Source: Squalus acanthias
Lineage: Eukaryota
Length of the DNA stretch: 64,000 bases
Assembly: GCA_030390025.1 (NCBI GenBank)
Contig: CM059426.1
Location: 99,386,001-99,450,000 of the forward strand
Direction: 5' to 3'
Shown here: positions 36,210-48,595 of the stretch, in pieces
Layout: each line of letters starts with the position of its first letter
Numbering within the stretch: the first letter of the stretch is position 1
The notes under the pieces: model-generated
What the model was told of the DNA's origin: nothing
Database searches by the model: none
What the model saw: only the letters and a program-made list of their open reading frames with translations
Made by a program: the position numbers and the translations under genes

Positions 36210-37885
36210 TTAGTGTTTCTATGCGATGCTTCCCCAGTGGCTCCAACATGGCTGGTGGAAGGCTGCTGAATTTCAGTGGTGGAGACTGCAGATAGCCTTG
36301 GAGGATGACCTCGAGCAGCTCTGGGCCTAGAAGAGCTGGCTTCAGACTGCTGAATGGCCTCCTTCTGTGCTGTAAATTTCTATGATTCTAGGCACCATCT
36401 CAGCCTGGGCTGCAGCAGTCTGGACTGGCTGGCTGACAGGCAACAGCAAGGGGACCGGCAGACTGGCAGGGGTGGAAGCACGAATGCTTTCATCCTGAGA
36501 GAGGACAGCAGGTTTGTACTCCATGCAGCCATTGCCATTCTCCAGGGGCAGCACCTCAGCAATCCCAGTAATCTGTTGGAGAACCCTTTGAATACTGGTA
36601 TCCAGAACCATGATGGCAGCAGTCTGATCTAGCATGGCAGCAAGCTGAGATTGCATGGCAGCAGTCTGAGCTTTCACTGTAGCACTCAGGCCTTTGGTGG
36701 AAGCTGCTTGCACTGCAATGGAAGCTGAGACATCAACGATCAGACGCTGCACCATGGTGGGTTCCACAGGTGTGCTGATGGGGGTGACCACCCCCGTTCT
36801 ATGTTGGAAAGGATTGGCTCCAATCTCTGCGCAAAGCCCTGTGCCAAGCTGGCGCTGGACTCCTCCATGCTCCTTGACATTGAGCGCAGGCTTTCTGGCA
36901 GGGTTCCCAGTGCATCAAGCACTTTATTCTTCCTCTTCCTCCATTGCCTGGGCAGGTTCCTGTTCTTGAGTATCTGAAATGACAAGGGTTGGGTTGTGCT
37001 GAGGGGAGAGGAGAAATTAAGAAGTGCATGCTTACACCCTCTGCAGCTTCTCATTCGGAAGAGATTGAGTGATGAGGGAGATGTGGGATGAGAGAAGGAG
37101 GATTAGTTATGCTGATATCCTCAGCATCAATTGCTTCAGCCCCACCTGTGGCCATGGCCTCAGCGATGCCAATTCCCAGGATAGCCAGTGTGGTCTCTTC
37201 CATTGGGCTTAAAACATGCAGGCGCACTTCTCCTCCTCTAGTTTTTTTCCTGCTGCCTCCGTTATGTGCCACCTTCTCCTGCAAGAAAGAGGGAAGTGTG
37301 TAGAGAATTAAGTAGTGTGTTGATGGGATGTAGAGAATTAAGCAGTGGATGTGGCTAGTGGTGCAGTTGGTAGGATATGGCATTTGAAGATAAACTCAGT
37401 GCCCTTGACAACTTGTGTGAGATCATTAAACTTCTTCCCGCACTGCATCCAGGTCCTTGCAGCTACAGTTCTGGCATTGACCTCTGCCGCTATCTCTTCC
37501 CACTGCCTTCTGAGCATGTGTCGGAGACATTCCTGGCCCTCCTGACGATACAGGATATCTCTCCTTCATTCCACCTCTTCCACCAAGACCTCCAGTGCAG
37601 TGTATGAAAATCTTGGTGCACGCTCTCTACCATGGTCAGCCATTGTTGAATCTTCCACAATGCACATTTGAAATACTCTCAGCACCTCCTGCAGCCACAA
37701 GGCGCCTCCCCTTTAAGAGGTGCAGGCTGCCTTTAAGTAGCACTAGGCACTCGCGATATTGGACCCCCTGCTGATGCGTGCAGCCAATGAACAGCACGGG
37801 GAGTGGAAATAAGCAGGCAACATGAATTTGACATCCTGCCTGGATTGCAATCAACGGGCGTGGGTTAATTGCGCATCGCGATCAT
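36210..37885 (-). mobile_element. Harbinger relic, Myb/SANT gene with exon/intron remnants
   Basis: ctttcttgcag|EKVAHN...TRGGEVRLHVLSPMEETTLAILG exon 2 homologue. Confidence 0.75.
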
Positions 37886-37929
37886 CTGTAAGTATCTTGT
37901 GATCTTGTGAACAAAGCTGCAAGCCAATA

Positions 37930-39700
37930 CCAGATTTGTAGCGAGTTGCCACAATGTTTTCATTATCAGGAACTCCAGCCGACCAGTTCTATTCAGGGAG
38001 GACAGTGAGGTATTAGGCTGGCTTCTGAGAGATAAAGCTTATCCCTTGATTCGATGGTTCATGATCCCACTTTGATTGTCAAACTCACCAGCAAAACATT
38101 GCTACAATGAGGCCCATGCATCCACCAGCACAGTTATTGAGAGGACATATGGGATATGAAGGCAAGGTTTCACTGCCTAGATAGACCAGGAGGGGCCCTG
38201 CTCTATCTCCCTGAGCAGGTTTCTGGCAGTGTGGTTGCATGTCGTGTCTTTCACAGTTTCATGATGGAGAAAGGACTGGAAATGGAATCCATGGAGGAGA
38301 TGGATATTGAGGATGCCCAGATGTTGAGGATGCTGAGGAACCTGGAACTCAGCTTCAGGAGGATTTGTACACAAAAGACTCATCTGTGTTGGCTGTCAGG
38401 GACACGTAGGGAAGTCATTACTAATACATTCACCTCAGATTAATGTGATACCTTTAGCAACATTGCATCACAACATATCCTCAGCCTTCCTATGAACTTC
38501 AATCATTCCATACATAAACGTCTGTCTTTATGGCCCATTAACAAGAATAACTTTGTCACCTCAAACAGCCCTCAAACAGACTTCATAATATTATGGAGCT
38601 ACAAAGCCAAATCAAAGTGCAAAATCTTTATAATTTTACAATAAGTATTACAAATGTGTTCTTATCACCATGTTTCTCCTGGGTGCCTAGACAGGCTTTA
38701 CTAATATCTATCCTGCTGCTGCATCTAGGTGCCACTTGATGGTCAATGTCATGAGTGGTGCTTGGCTGCTGCTTGGGTACAAGAGGCTCTTGGGACTGAA
38801 GTTGCCTTCCTCACAGGATAGCTGTGGACTGTTCCTCTTGTGCCATTGGCTGAGCAGCCTGGCCGTGCCACCTACATGCTCTGTGACAAGGGCACTGAGG
38901 GACTGAACTAAAGTTCTGGCATGTGCTGCTTTCCTGCGAATCAGCAGCATCATGTTGGTCGAATCCTGGTACTGGGCACAGGTAGGCACTGATTAGTGGG
39001 TTAACAGTTCTAATGGATACAACCAGGCTCTAATATCGCTGAGCGAGCATATCCTGTAACCCAGCTCCAAATGTCTGAAGACCAGAATGCAGGTCTCTCT
39101 CAAGCCTGTCACCTAGTGCCTCTAGGCCTGCATCCTGATTCAATGTGAAGGAGGCACCAACTTGTCTCATTATGCTGCTGGGAGAGAGATGGTTGGTGTC
39201 TGCAGTGAAGCTGCCACACACTCCATAGATCTTTGCAATGAGGATAACGTCTTCCTGATATTGCTGCAAATGAGGCCAATGGACCAAATCAAGACTCCTG
39301 TCATATGCTTCACATCCTGGAAAAACAATCTCAGTGCCTGCATATAGTTATGTTCATCCTTCTTTTCATACCAGGAGACATGAGATCTGAGTCCACTGCC
39401 TCCTCAGCCAAGGTAAGACTGCTGAGAAGGAGCCAAGTCTTCATAATCCTCACTCCTCTGGTTCCCTTGTGCTCAGTGAGTCACATAGTGCAATATCCTC
39501 AACCCCACTACTTAGATCTCCCTGAGTGATAGTCTCTGATCTGGTCATTAAACGCCATGTGGCACTGGTCTGATGTCCTGGAGTGAGAGAGGTGGCACTC
39601 AGCGCTACAACCACCTCCTTTATCGTTGCTCTGCTGACTGCTTCAGTTGGTCTGTTTAGCTGCAAGCCCACCAGGCGGTCTGGCCGCTGACTGATCTAAT
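37930..39700. mobile_element. Older Harbinger relic: nuclease C-terminus (+, about 37930-38443) convergent with Myb gene remnants (-)
   Basis: WLLRDKAYPL-like segment, VIERT, MKARFHCLDRPGGALLY...VVAC..FH. Confidence 0.8.
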
Positions 39701-41574
39701 CGAGAAATAATGTTTACTCAAACGAATGTTAACTGATGTTATAATTCAAACAAAGATTTGGGTTGGAAACACTAGCAATTGGTAAATAAAGCAAAACTAT
39801 TCTAACTACTGCAACTTATTTTGTTTTACATGTTCAAAAGTTATCATAAGCTTATCAACATTTTGAGTGTATCACCAGTTTAACAGGAACATTATTGTTT
39901 TTGCAGAACTCTAAATACTGTTATAATATATACCACAGAGTGGATTCAGCTGTTACTAACATACACGAAGTCACATAAAGAGTGCCACATGGATCAAATA
40001 CTCTTCACAAACCTAACTGCACAGCACACAGGCGACAAAGTGTGGTCTTTTAGTTACATCAGCTAACTAATATGAAATTCTAATATTCAAAAAATGACTA
40101 TATGCAAAGAAAAATTAAATACATTGAGAATCTATTTGATATTTTCCATGAGAGAATACCTTAGTTACAGATTCTGTGGAGCAGTGTGGGCTTAGAGCTG
40201 CACATCCAGCTTTTTTCAACAGTTCTCATGTTGATGAGGGATCAGTTAGAAAATCATATGAGGGATTGATGCTCACAGATATATGTGGCACTAATAGTTA
40301 TAGGTACTGAGCTTAAATGTGACAGGTAAAAAAGGTTTTCATTTTCATCCATCTTTAATTTGTTCTAACATTTGCTGTAACATAGTTTAACCAAACTAAA
40401 TTGTTTGTGTTGGGGTAATTGCAACTTGTAGTTTTATTATACTGCTGTAAAGGCCACAGCTGTTGTACCAATTAATGTCATCACATTCCAGTGTAGTAAT
40501 AAAAAAGGATTGCACATGGTGCTTTCCCCTCTGTGATTGCTGTATTCAAGTACTTTACGGTGGCCTTACCTAAGTCATCGAATCAGCAAACACCATTAAA
40601 GTAGTAATACTTGGTGATGGTAATGGCTCCATGAGTTTAGTACTCTGCCCCAGCAAAAAAGAATTTTCAAGGTGGCATCAGGTCCACCTGGAGAGAAATG
40701 CAAATGTAACTCATATGATATCATGGGAAGTACTACACCACTTTCTAAGCTTGTATTAATTCTCACCAAAATGAAATAAAAAAATCAATGAAACTTAACT
40801 TAATTATTTAATTGCAAATAAAATCTGCCCCACAACTGAGTACAGGCAATCAAATTTTAGATGTGAGCTTTATAATACACTTTCAGTCACTTCTGTACTC
40901 CCCGAGCTAAAATTTCCTGCTGTTGCAATGGATGCAGTCAATATTTGAAGAATATGAATTAGGCTCATTAAACTGTAACAGAGCCAAACACCAAAAGAAC
41001 ATGAGGACTGAGACATGAACAAATACAAACTGTGAAGTAAAGAAAAAATACAAAACACCCCTCTTAAATCTCGACTATATTTTGACATTTCTGCAATTCT
41101 TGTGATTATTTTTCAATCTTTTCACTTTTAAAAGATTCAATTCTGAATCATTTCCATGGGAATTATTGAAGTATATTTTACTTTTATACTTTTTAGCTTG
41201 CTATTTGTTTATTTTTGTACACACATAATCCAAGCAGAATAAGTCAGAGGATGTGTTTTGTTAGAAAGGGAAGTGCATCATACCAAGTAATGTATTATTG
41301 TGCTGCCACGGTACAGATGTGTGTAATGTCATCAATTCCTTGAAGGCCACAGAGCCCAATCGCTGTAAATAGTAATTAGGTTCATATGAAGCCAATTCCT
41401 CCTGAAGTCAATTAGAGGCCAATTATTTCTATGTAGATTAGCAGTAAGAAATGACTGATGTCCTCTTTTTTATACCTTTTTAAAGATTGTTTTGATGTGT
41501 AACAATGTGTAACAGTTTAAAGTATAACAGTTGAAGTGTGATTATCTCAAAACTTAGATCGATTGATCAGTGCC

Positions 41575-41979
41575 AGCAATGGCTCAATGTTGTCCCTGAG
41601 TCAGAAGGTTGTAAATTCAAGTCCCACTCCAGAGACTTGAGGACATAATCTAGGCTGACACTGCAGTGCAGTACCGAAGGAGCGCTGCACTGTCGGCAAT
41701 ACTGCCTTTCAGATGGGATGTTGATCCAAGGTCCATGTGCCCTCTCATAAAAGATCCCATGGCACTATTTTGAAGAAGAGCTGGGGAGTTCTCTTGGTTT
41801 ATTTATCCCTCATAGATGATTTGGTCATTTATTTCATTGCTCTTTGTGGGACCTTGCTGCGTACAAATTAGCTGGCGTGTTTATTACATTACAACATTGA
41901 CTGCACTTCAAAAGTAAAGCACTTTAGGACATCCTGAGGTCGTGAAAGGCACTATATAAATCCAAGTCTTTTCTTTCTT
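41575..41979 (+). mobile_element. Deu-SINE (SacSINE1-like)
   Basis: Colinear with the reverse complement of 35748-36205. Confidence 0.8.
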
Positions 41980-43282
41980 AATATATATAGGCAATAGGAA
42001 TTCTTATAGCTAGTCTTGATTTAACTCAATGAATGTGCTGTGATCACATTACAATGAACACTCTTTCAGTTTTGATGTCCTTGTGTATGAATAAATGAAG
42101 TACTATGACCTGTGGCATGACACCATCTGAATTGCTACATTTATTGCTTAGTAATCAAAACGAAGTATCCATTATTTTCTCTTTATAAATCAGGATATGA
42201 CGTACGCTAAATTTTGTTATAGTTGTTGGACACCCCTAGCAGGTGGTTACCTCCAGGCTAGCTGAAGTGGCAGTCATGATAGTGAGCCTATTGTATCTCG
42301 CACCATAATATGTGCTACCTAGAAAATAGTGTCAAACTTGAGCTGGTTAGGAATATGCAGCACAATCTGCTTCAACCCAATACTGTATTTAAAAAATCAC
42401 TTGTCAGGCAGCGTATACATAGTTAACAAATATATATATAGATATTTTTTGAAAAGTTGTATGCTTTTAATCAGCAGATTTCTGCTGATTGAACTGCAGT
42501 ACTAGCAGCCTAATTATCAACACTGACATTTAGTCTATCCTTGCTTTTTCAGCACTTTGATCATTATTAATGATGAATATATCAAACTACATGTGAACAT
42601 TATTACAATAAAACTAAATCTGAATCAGAATAAAGATCCACAGAACTAATTGGTATTGTTAATGACTGGATTCCTGGATCAGGAGCAAAAGGAATTGCTG
42701 GTGCAATTCAGAATGCCAGTCCTCGTGATTTGTTTTAATAATGTAATGGCGTGCAGGTTAGAACCAGCAATTCTGTGTACTTTATCTTCTCAACTGTGAA
42801 ACATGGCTTTGAATCCATCCCAGACAGATGGGATAAACTCTCTATTTAAGAAATTTATCTGACAAAGGGTTTGATGGTGTTAGCTTAGTTCCTAGTGCAA
42901 TTCTTACACTTGAAAGAACTGCCACTAATTCCGCAGTCTCCAATTTGGGAAATGCAACTATTATACTGGTGCAGCATCAAATGGTCTATAGAAATTCAAA
43001 TCATGGTATAGAATTGTGTTTTCTATTCTCTCTGCCTTGTGCAATATCCGATTTAGGGGTCCTACATACTATTACTGAATGAAACGTCTTCGACTCCTCC
43101 CCTCAAAAAAATTAAAATATCAAAACGTCTTACTGCAACGATTCTTGAAGGAAACATGCAGTGACAGAATACCCTTTAACAGTTATATTACAGGAAATCA
43201 TTTGCTATATTTTGGATAAGAGGCACCTGTGTTTACGAAGAGCATTTTACAGTTATTTCATGCTTTATTAAGATCGCTAATA

Positions 43283-43460
43283 TAAAAACAGAAAATGCTG
43301 GGAATACTCAGCAGCTCAGGCAGCATCTATGGAGAGAGAAACAGAGTTAATGTTTCAGGCCGATGACCGTTCTGACAAAAGATCATCGACCTGAAACATT
43401 AACTCTGTTTCTCTCTCCACAGATTTCCATCATCCACAGTATTATTCTTTTGTTATTAAG
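43283..43460. repeat. Penelope-type inverted repeat (hairpin of about 45 bp)
   Basis: atctatggagagagaaacagagttaatgtttcagg pairs with cctgaaacattaactctgtttctctctccacagat. Confidence 0.75.
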
Positions 43461-43667
43461 AGCTCTATTTACTACTCCAACATAGAATCGTGGCAACTGT
43501 AGACTGGTGTTGCATCAGATTCTGATATTTATTTTGTTTGAGGAGAATTTTTAGTTGTTACACAAAGTCTAAGCCAGGTAGGTGAGGGAAGAGACCAAAC
43601 CTAACCTTTGTTTACTCAGTATCCCATATGTAATTTTTATCTAACATCCAAAAAAAAAGAAAAGTAA

Positions 43668-46015
43668 GCTGGAGAAATTCATTCTAGCCAGCAAAATTGC
43701 CGGTTTCACCGGCAACTGGAGTTAACGGCCGCTGAAAATGGCCACAATGCTAATGGAGCAAAATTGATCTGGGGGGATGGAGATAGTTGGCGCAGCGCTT
43801 ACCTTCCATGCAATTCTGTCCTGGGGACTTTGCTGGAGGCATCCGAGGTGAAGTTCGTGTGCAGGTGTGGCGTTGGAGCTTCGCACAGCCTCTGGAAGCA
43901 AGGCTGTGGAGCTCGCAAAGAATTGTGGGTAATGTAGAAGTCTGAGAATTAAAGGGGGCATGCACACTGAAGCAATACGAAATAAAATGAAGTGAAACAA
44001 TGCAGTTTTCAGTCCTTTCTGCCTTTTTATTTAACATTATAAAGAAGTCCCAAATGTGAATATTCCGCGCTTAAAGCTGAATTTTGTTCCTAACCTCAGA
44101 AAATGGGAATAATGCCTCAGCACTAACACAAATGACTGAGCAAGCCAGGCAAGAGGCACCTTGGGCCTCACACTCAGCACTCCAGCTTTGTGCAGGGTTC
44201 AACCTACAGGGGCCTGGAGGCCCTCCAGAAAGAACAATGTGGGAGTACATCACCGAGGTCATCACTGCCAGTAGTGTCGCCCCCACCACCTGGCTCCAGT
44301 GCCCAAAGAAGCTTCATGACCTCAGACCAGTGGTCAAGGTCAGTGAATGCATCTTCAAAAGTCGTCTCCGACCAACTGCACCACTAGCCTCACACACTGC
44401 TCGATGCACGACCCACAATCACTCACCTACCAACAATCTGTACCAATCACAAGGCACTTCTCCCATTCCTAGTCTTACCTCACCCCCTTGGAGGAGACGG
44501 TGCAGGAAATCCTTGGCAGGGCAAGGCTGAGCCCTTGGGCAGTGGCGGGCTGAAAGGATAAAAGATGCTTGTAACCTCATACATTATCCTCCTTTCTTTC
44601 CCGTCCTCCCATCACCACAACTCCACCCTGTGCCTTCCTCATTTCACACACCCAAGAAATGCAGCCTGCCCAGCCAATGGGTGATGAGAAGAGGAAGAGG
44701 AGAGTGAAGAAGTACAAGAATATTGATTTGACACTGCCAGCCAAAAGCTCCTCAAGGTCAACCTGCAAGGACATTTGAGTGACCCCCACTGAAAGTCAGC
44801 AGCCTTCCACCAGCCATGCTGCAACTACTGGGGTAGCACTGAGTGACATCAGTAGGATAGGCAAAGGCACACACAAGACACTCACTGAGAGAATGCATAT
44901 GGGTGATGAGTTGATTGCTTGATGTCACATTGGATGGATAGACGTATATAGGTGGATTGGAAAGTTTGCTTTGTGGTGGCTTTTATTTCAGCATTGTGGC
45001 CAAGAGGATGTTGTGATGGTCAGAAACAGATGGTAAGGTGTGGGACTAATGTTAAAAGAGGAATTGGGGTTGTGGTCACTGGGAGCACAGGCGGGTGATT
45101 CCATTTCGGATATCCTAGCCACAAAGGTGCTGTCAGAGATGCATCCTTCCATTTGATTCCTTCTCTTCTGCTTCCTCCTCTATGGTTTCCTCCTCTACGC
45201 TTCCTCCTCTTCTGTGTCTTCCTCTTCCCTCTGCAAGCAGCTGCTGTAAATGTGAAATGACAGCATAAAATGCTAGAAAAACTCAGCTGGTCAAGCAGCA
45301 TTTTGACCTGAGACGTGAAATCTGTTTTTCTCTTCACAGGCATTGCCTGACCTGCTGAGTTTTTGCAGCATGTTCTGTCTTCTCAAAGGCCTTCATTTAC
45401 CATCCGAGCCCTTGCAAGCGTCCAGCAGCACTTCTACACATTTAAAAACTTTTCACATCTATTGCAGCAAACCGCTAGTCCAATAAAACCAAAAAGCCCA
45501 GTACAAAACCTTAAATCCAAACTTACCTGAACAATGTGTCTGTTCCTTTAAGAGGTGCAGACATCGCCACTGTCAGCCTGCTTGCACACCAGGTTAACCT
45601 TGCTGGGGAAAATGGCAATGTCTTGATGTAAACCTAGTGCTGACGTGCTTAGAATCCGGCGCTGAATTCAGCGCGAGGGTTGAAGTTCGCTTGTGATGTA
45701 AAGTTGGCATTGCACGCCGATTTATGTCATAACGCCGCCATTTTCTCCAGAATTGTTAACCTGGCATGCAAGCATGCTGACAGACACATCATTCAGGTAA
45801 GTTTGGATTTAAGGTTTTGTACTGGGTTTTTTGGTTTCATTGGCTGGCGGCTTTTTCTCCAGCATGGCAAAGCTAGTTACCGGCAGCGCAAAGGTAAGCA
45901 TGAAAATGGCGGCCGCTGCGGGAACCTCCAGCTGCTAGCTAAAGAGCAGCGACCGCCATTTTAGCGCCATTTATTGGCTCTATGGAGTGGCGCTAAGGCC
46001 AGGAATTTCAAGCCC
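43668..46015 (+). mobile_element. Non-autonomous Harbinger derivative with Myb/SANT remnant
   Basis: MWEYITEVITASSVAPTTWLQCPKKLHDL; right end ggaatttcaagccc; homologous to 24082-31876. Confidence 0.75.
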
Positions 46016-46017
46016 AA

Positions 46018-46303
46018 AGACTTGCACTGCTATAGCGCCTTTCATGACCTCAGGGCATCCCATAGCGCTTTATAGCCAATGAAGTACTTTTGAAGTGTAG
46101 TCACTGTTGTAATGTAGGAAACACGGTGGCCAATTTGCACACAGCAAGCTCCCACAAACAGCAATGTGATAATCTGTTTTTTTAGTTGTGTTGATTGAGG
46201 GATAAATATTGGTCAGGACACCGGGGATAACTCCTGCTCTTCTTCAAAATAGTACCATGGGATCTTTTACATCCACCTGAGAGGGCACATGGGGCCTTAG
46301 TTT
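46018..46303 (-). mobile_element. Deu-SINE 3' half
   Basis: Matches 35748-36050. Confidence 0.8.
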
Positions 46304-47016
46304 AACTGATCAAACTGAACATTGAGTACTTGGTTTAGAAACATCACTTTTCAATAGGCTCAGGTTTTTTTCAAGTCTACTCCAAAATTAAATTGTTTTC
46401 CAGTGCAACAGACTCATCGATTCACCCAGCACGTGCTGTCCTTACCATATAGTACACTCAATAACTTTTCTTTTCAATCAATGTTTTTTTAACACTTCAA
46501 TCTCAGCAACATACACTTCAGTAGGCCTTGGTTTTCTCTGCTAAATTGTTATTTGGAGCACTTAAAGTATAACACCCCTATATTGCATGTGCACACTTAT
46601 TGTGAGATCAGAGCAACCAGGAAGTGGACAATATTTGTGATTTCAGTTAACAACATTACAAAGTTTCTCCAGGACATTGAAGTGCAATTGAGAGTAACAA
46701 TTCATTTAATTTAATTTTGTATTTCCTAGAGATGTTCCACTCAGAAACATTCTTAGCAGCCTGATATGTGCTTCTTTTGTGTATTTAATATGAAGCCCTG
46801 GTTTGCTCTGAATAATAACATGAAGCGTATGACTTTTCTGTTTTGAGTGTCATCACCTTGCTAGATATAGGGATGTCATTTATGTTTGTTTTCCCAGACT
46901 ATTTCCATTTTACTTCACTCAGGCTTAAGTATTAATTTACAAACCAATAGTTATTATCAATGATGAAAAGTCATAAATACAAGATGTTGTTGTTGATGTC
47001 ATTGACCGGAAACATT

Positions 47017-47873
47017 GGTTGGAATTTTGCCGGCGCTCTGGGGACAGGTTTGGAGGCGGGACATCCGGCAAAATCGCAAAGATTGACAGCGGGCAGGAAA
47101 CCCGCTTTCAACCCGCCTCCAATCAATCAATCAACCCGATTTGCGCATGGACCCGACACCTAGCGGCGGGAAGAGGATTATAGCCACTTAACTGCCTGTT
47201 AAAGGTTGTTAACAGGCAGTTAACAGGCTCTTTTGCAATTTTGACACTTCTACTTCAGGTTCCCCGACATCCAGACACCAGGTAAGTGTGGCGTGTTGTG
47301 AGTCTGCTGTAATGTTTCTGCATTGATGACAGCTGCAGAAGTGGTGTGAAGGATCCAATGGTGCACTGGTGAGTTTCAGAGGTAAGAAAATGTTGGGAAA
47401 TTCATTTTTAATGTATTTAGACTTTTCTGTAGGTAACAAGTTTTGAATTGTATGTGTAGTCCCACCTCATTGGGAGAACCTCTCTCATTAGTGACTGATC
47501 GCTTCTGTAACCTCACCTGCAGCTGCCATCTGTTCTAGCCTAAGGAGGGAGTCACTGGAGAGCCTGGGTGCAACTCACCTGTGAACAGTCATTGTCAGTG
47601 TTTGCAGCACCTCAATGCTGTCAAACACTGAGAAATAAGCTGTCAAAGAAAAATTGTGCGTGGTCCCTTTAAGAAAACCGGTAGATGACGTGTCATCAAA
47701 TGACGTCATCTGACCGGCTTCTTCTTAATTGGCCAGCAAGCCTGCAGGGTGGGTTTAACAAGGCCAATCAACATATAATCACTTCCGTTGACCGGATGAA
47801 GTTGGGGGCGGGACTGGAACCCGGAAACCAGCTGACCCGCTCCCAAGCCGCATCGATCGATAAAATCACGGCC
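47017..47873. mobile_element. Non-autonomous Harbinger with ends related to 51992-56253
   Basis: ATT on both flanks, right TIR aaaatcacggcc, shared subterminal ggtttggaggcggg...aacccgcctcc. Confidence 0.75.
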
Positions 47874-48234
47874 ATTAACTCTGTTTCTCGCTCCACAGAT
47901 GCTGCCTGACCTGCTGTGTGTCTCCAGCATTTTCTGTTTTTAGTTCAGATTTACAGCATCCGCAGTATTTTGCTTTTGAGTTATTATCTATATTATTTCG
48001 AAATGAGATAATGCCAAAGGCTAAACTATTTCAATGATTTTCTGGACTAGTTTGAATAAGTATGGAGTGAACATTTAATTAAATACTATAAAATGACAAC
48101 CCTCCACATAGCTAACAATAACTGGGGCAGGAGCATGTAACAGCAGCTGTTTGTGGACCTTTTCGATAAAATCCTATCAAGCGCACTAAGAGGTTGTCAT
48201 CATAAAGCCGTGGGCATTTAATTAGAAAAGGAAT

Positions 48235-48595
48235 CCTGGGTCCCCAGTGTACGAGTTGGTGAACCATGTTGTGGGGACATGAGCTACACTAATAGGAATA
48301 TTCCAGGTTCAATCCCTGCTCTATGCTGAGTTAGCTCTACTCAGTGGGGGTATTAGTGGAGGTACTGTCAGTGTCTTTGGGCTGGAGAAGGGATGAACCT
48401 GGTTTAATCGCTCGTCACTTTTGCTGGAAAGTAAAAAAGTGTGAAGATTAAGGAGGATAAGGTCAGGTTCAGCTGCGCTATCCCCACAGCTGAATAGCCC
48501 ACTGAAATTTACTGCTGTGCTCACATATGACTAAATGGGTGAGGTACTGGAGTGCTGCTGATACAAATGGAAATGTCCTACGGTATGAGAAGGAG
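48235..48595 (+). mobile_element. Old unclassified SINE-like repeat (related copy at about 2245-2560, minus)
   Basis: B-box-like ccaggttcaatccc; patchy similarity to the reverse complement of 2310-2490. Confidence 0.4.
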
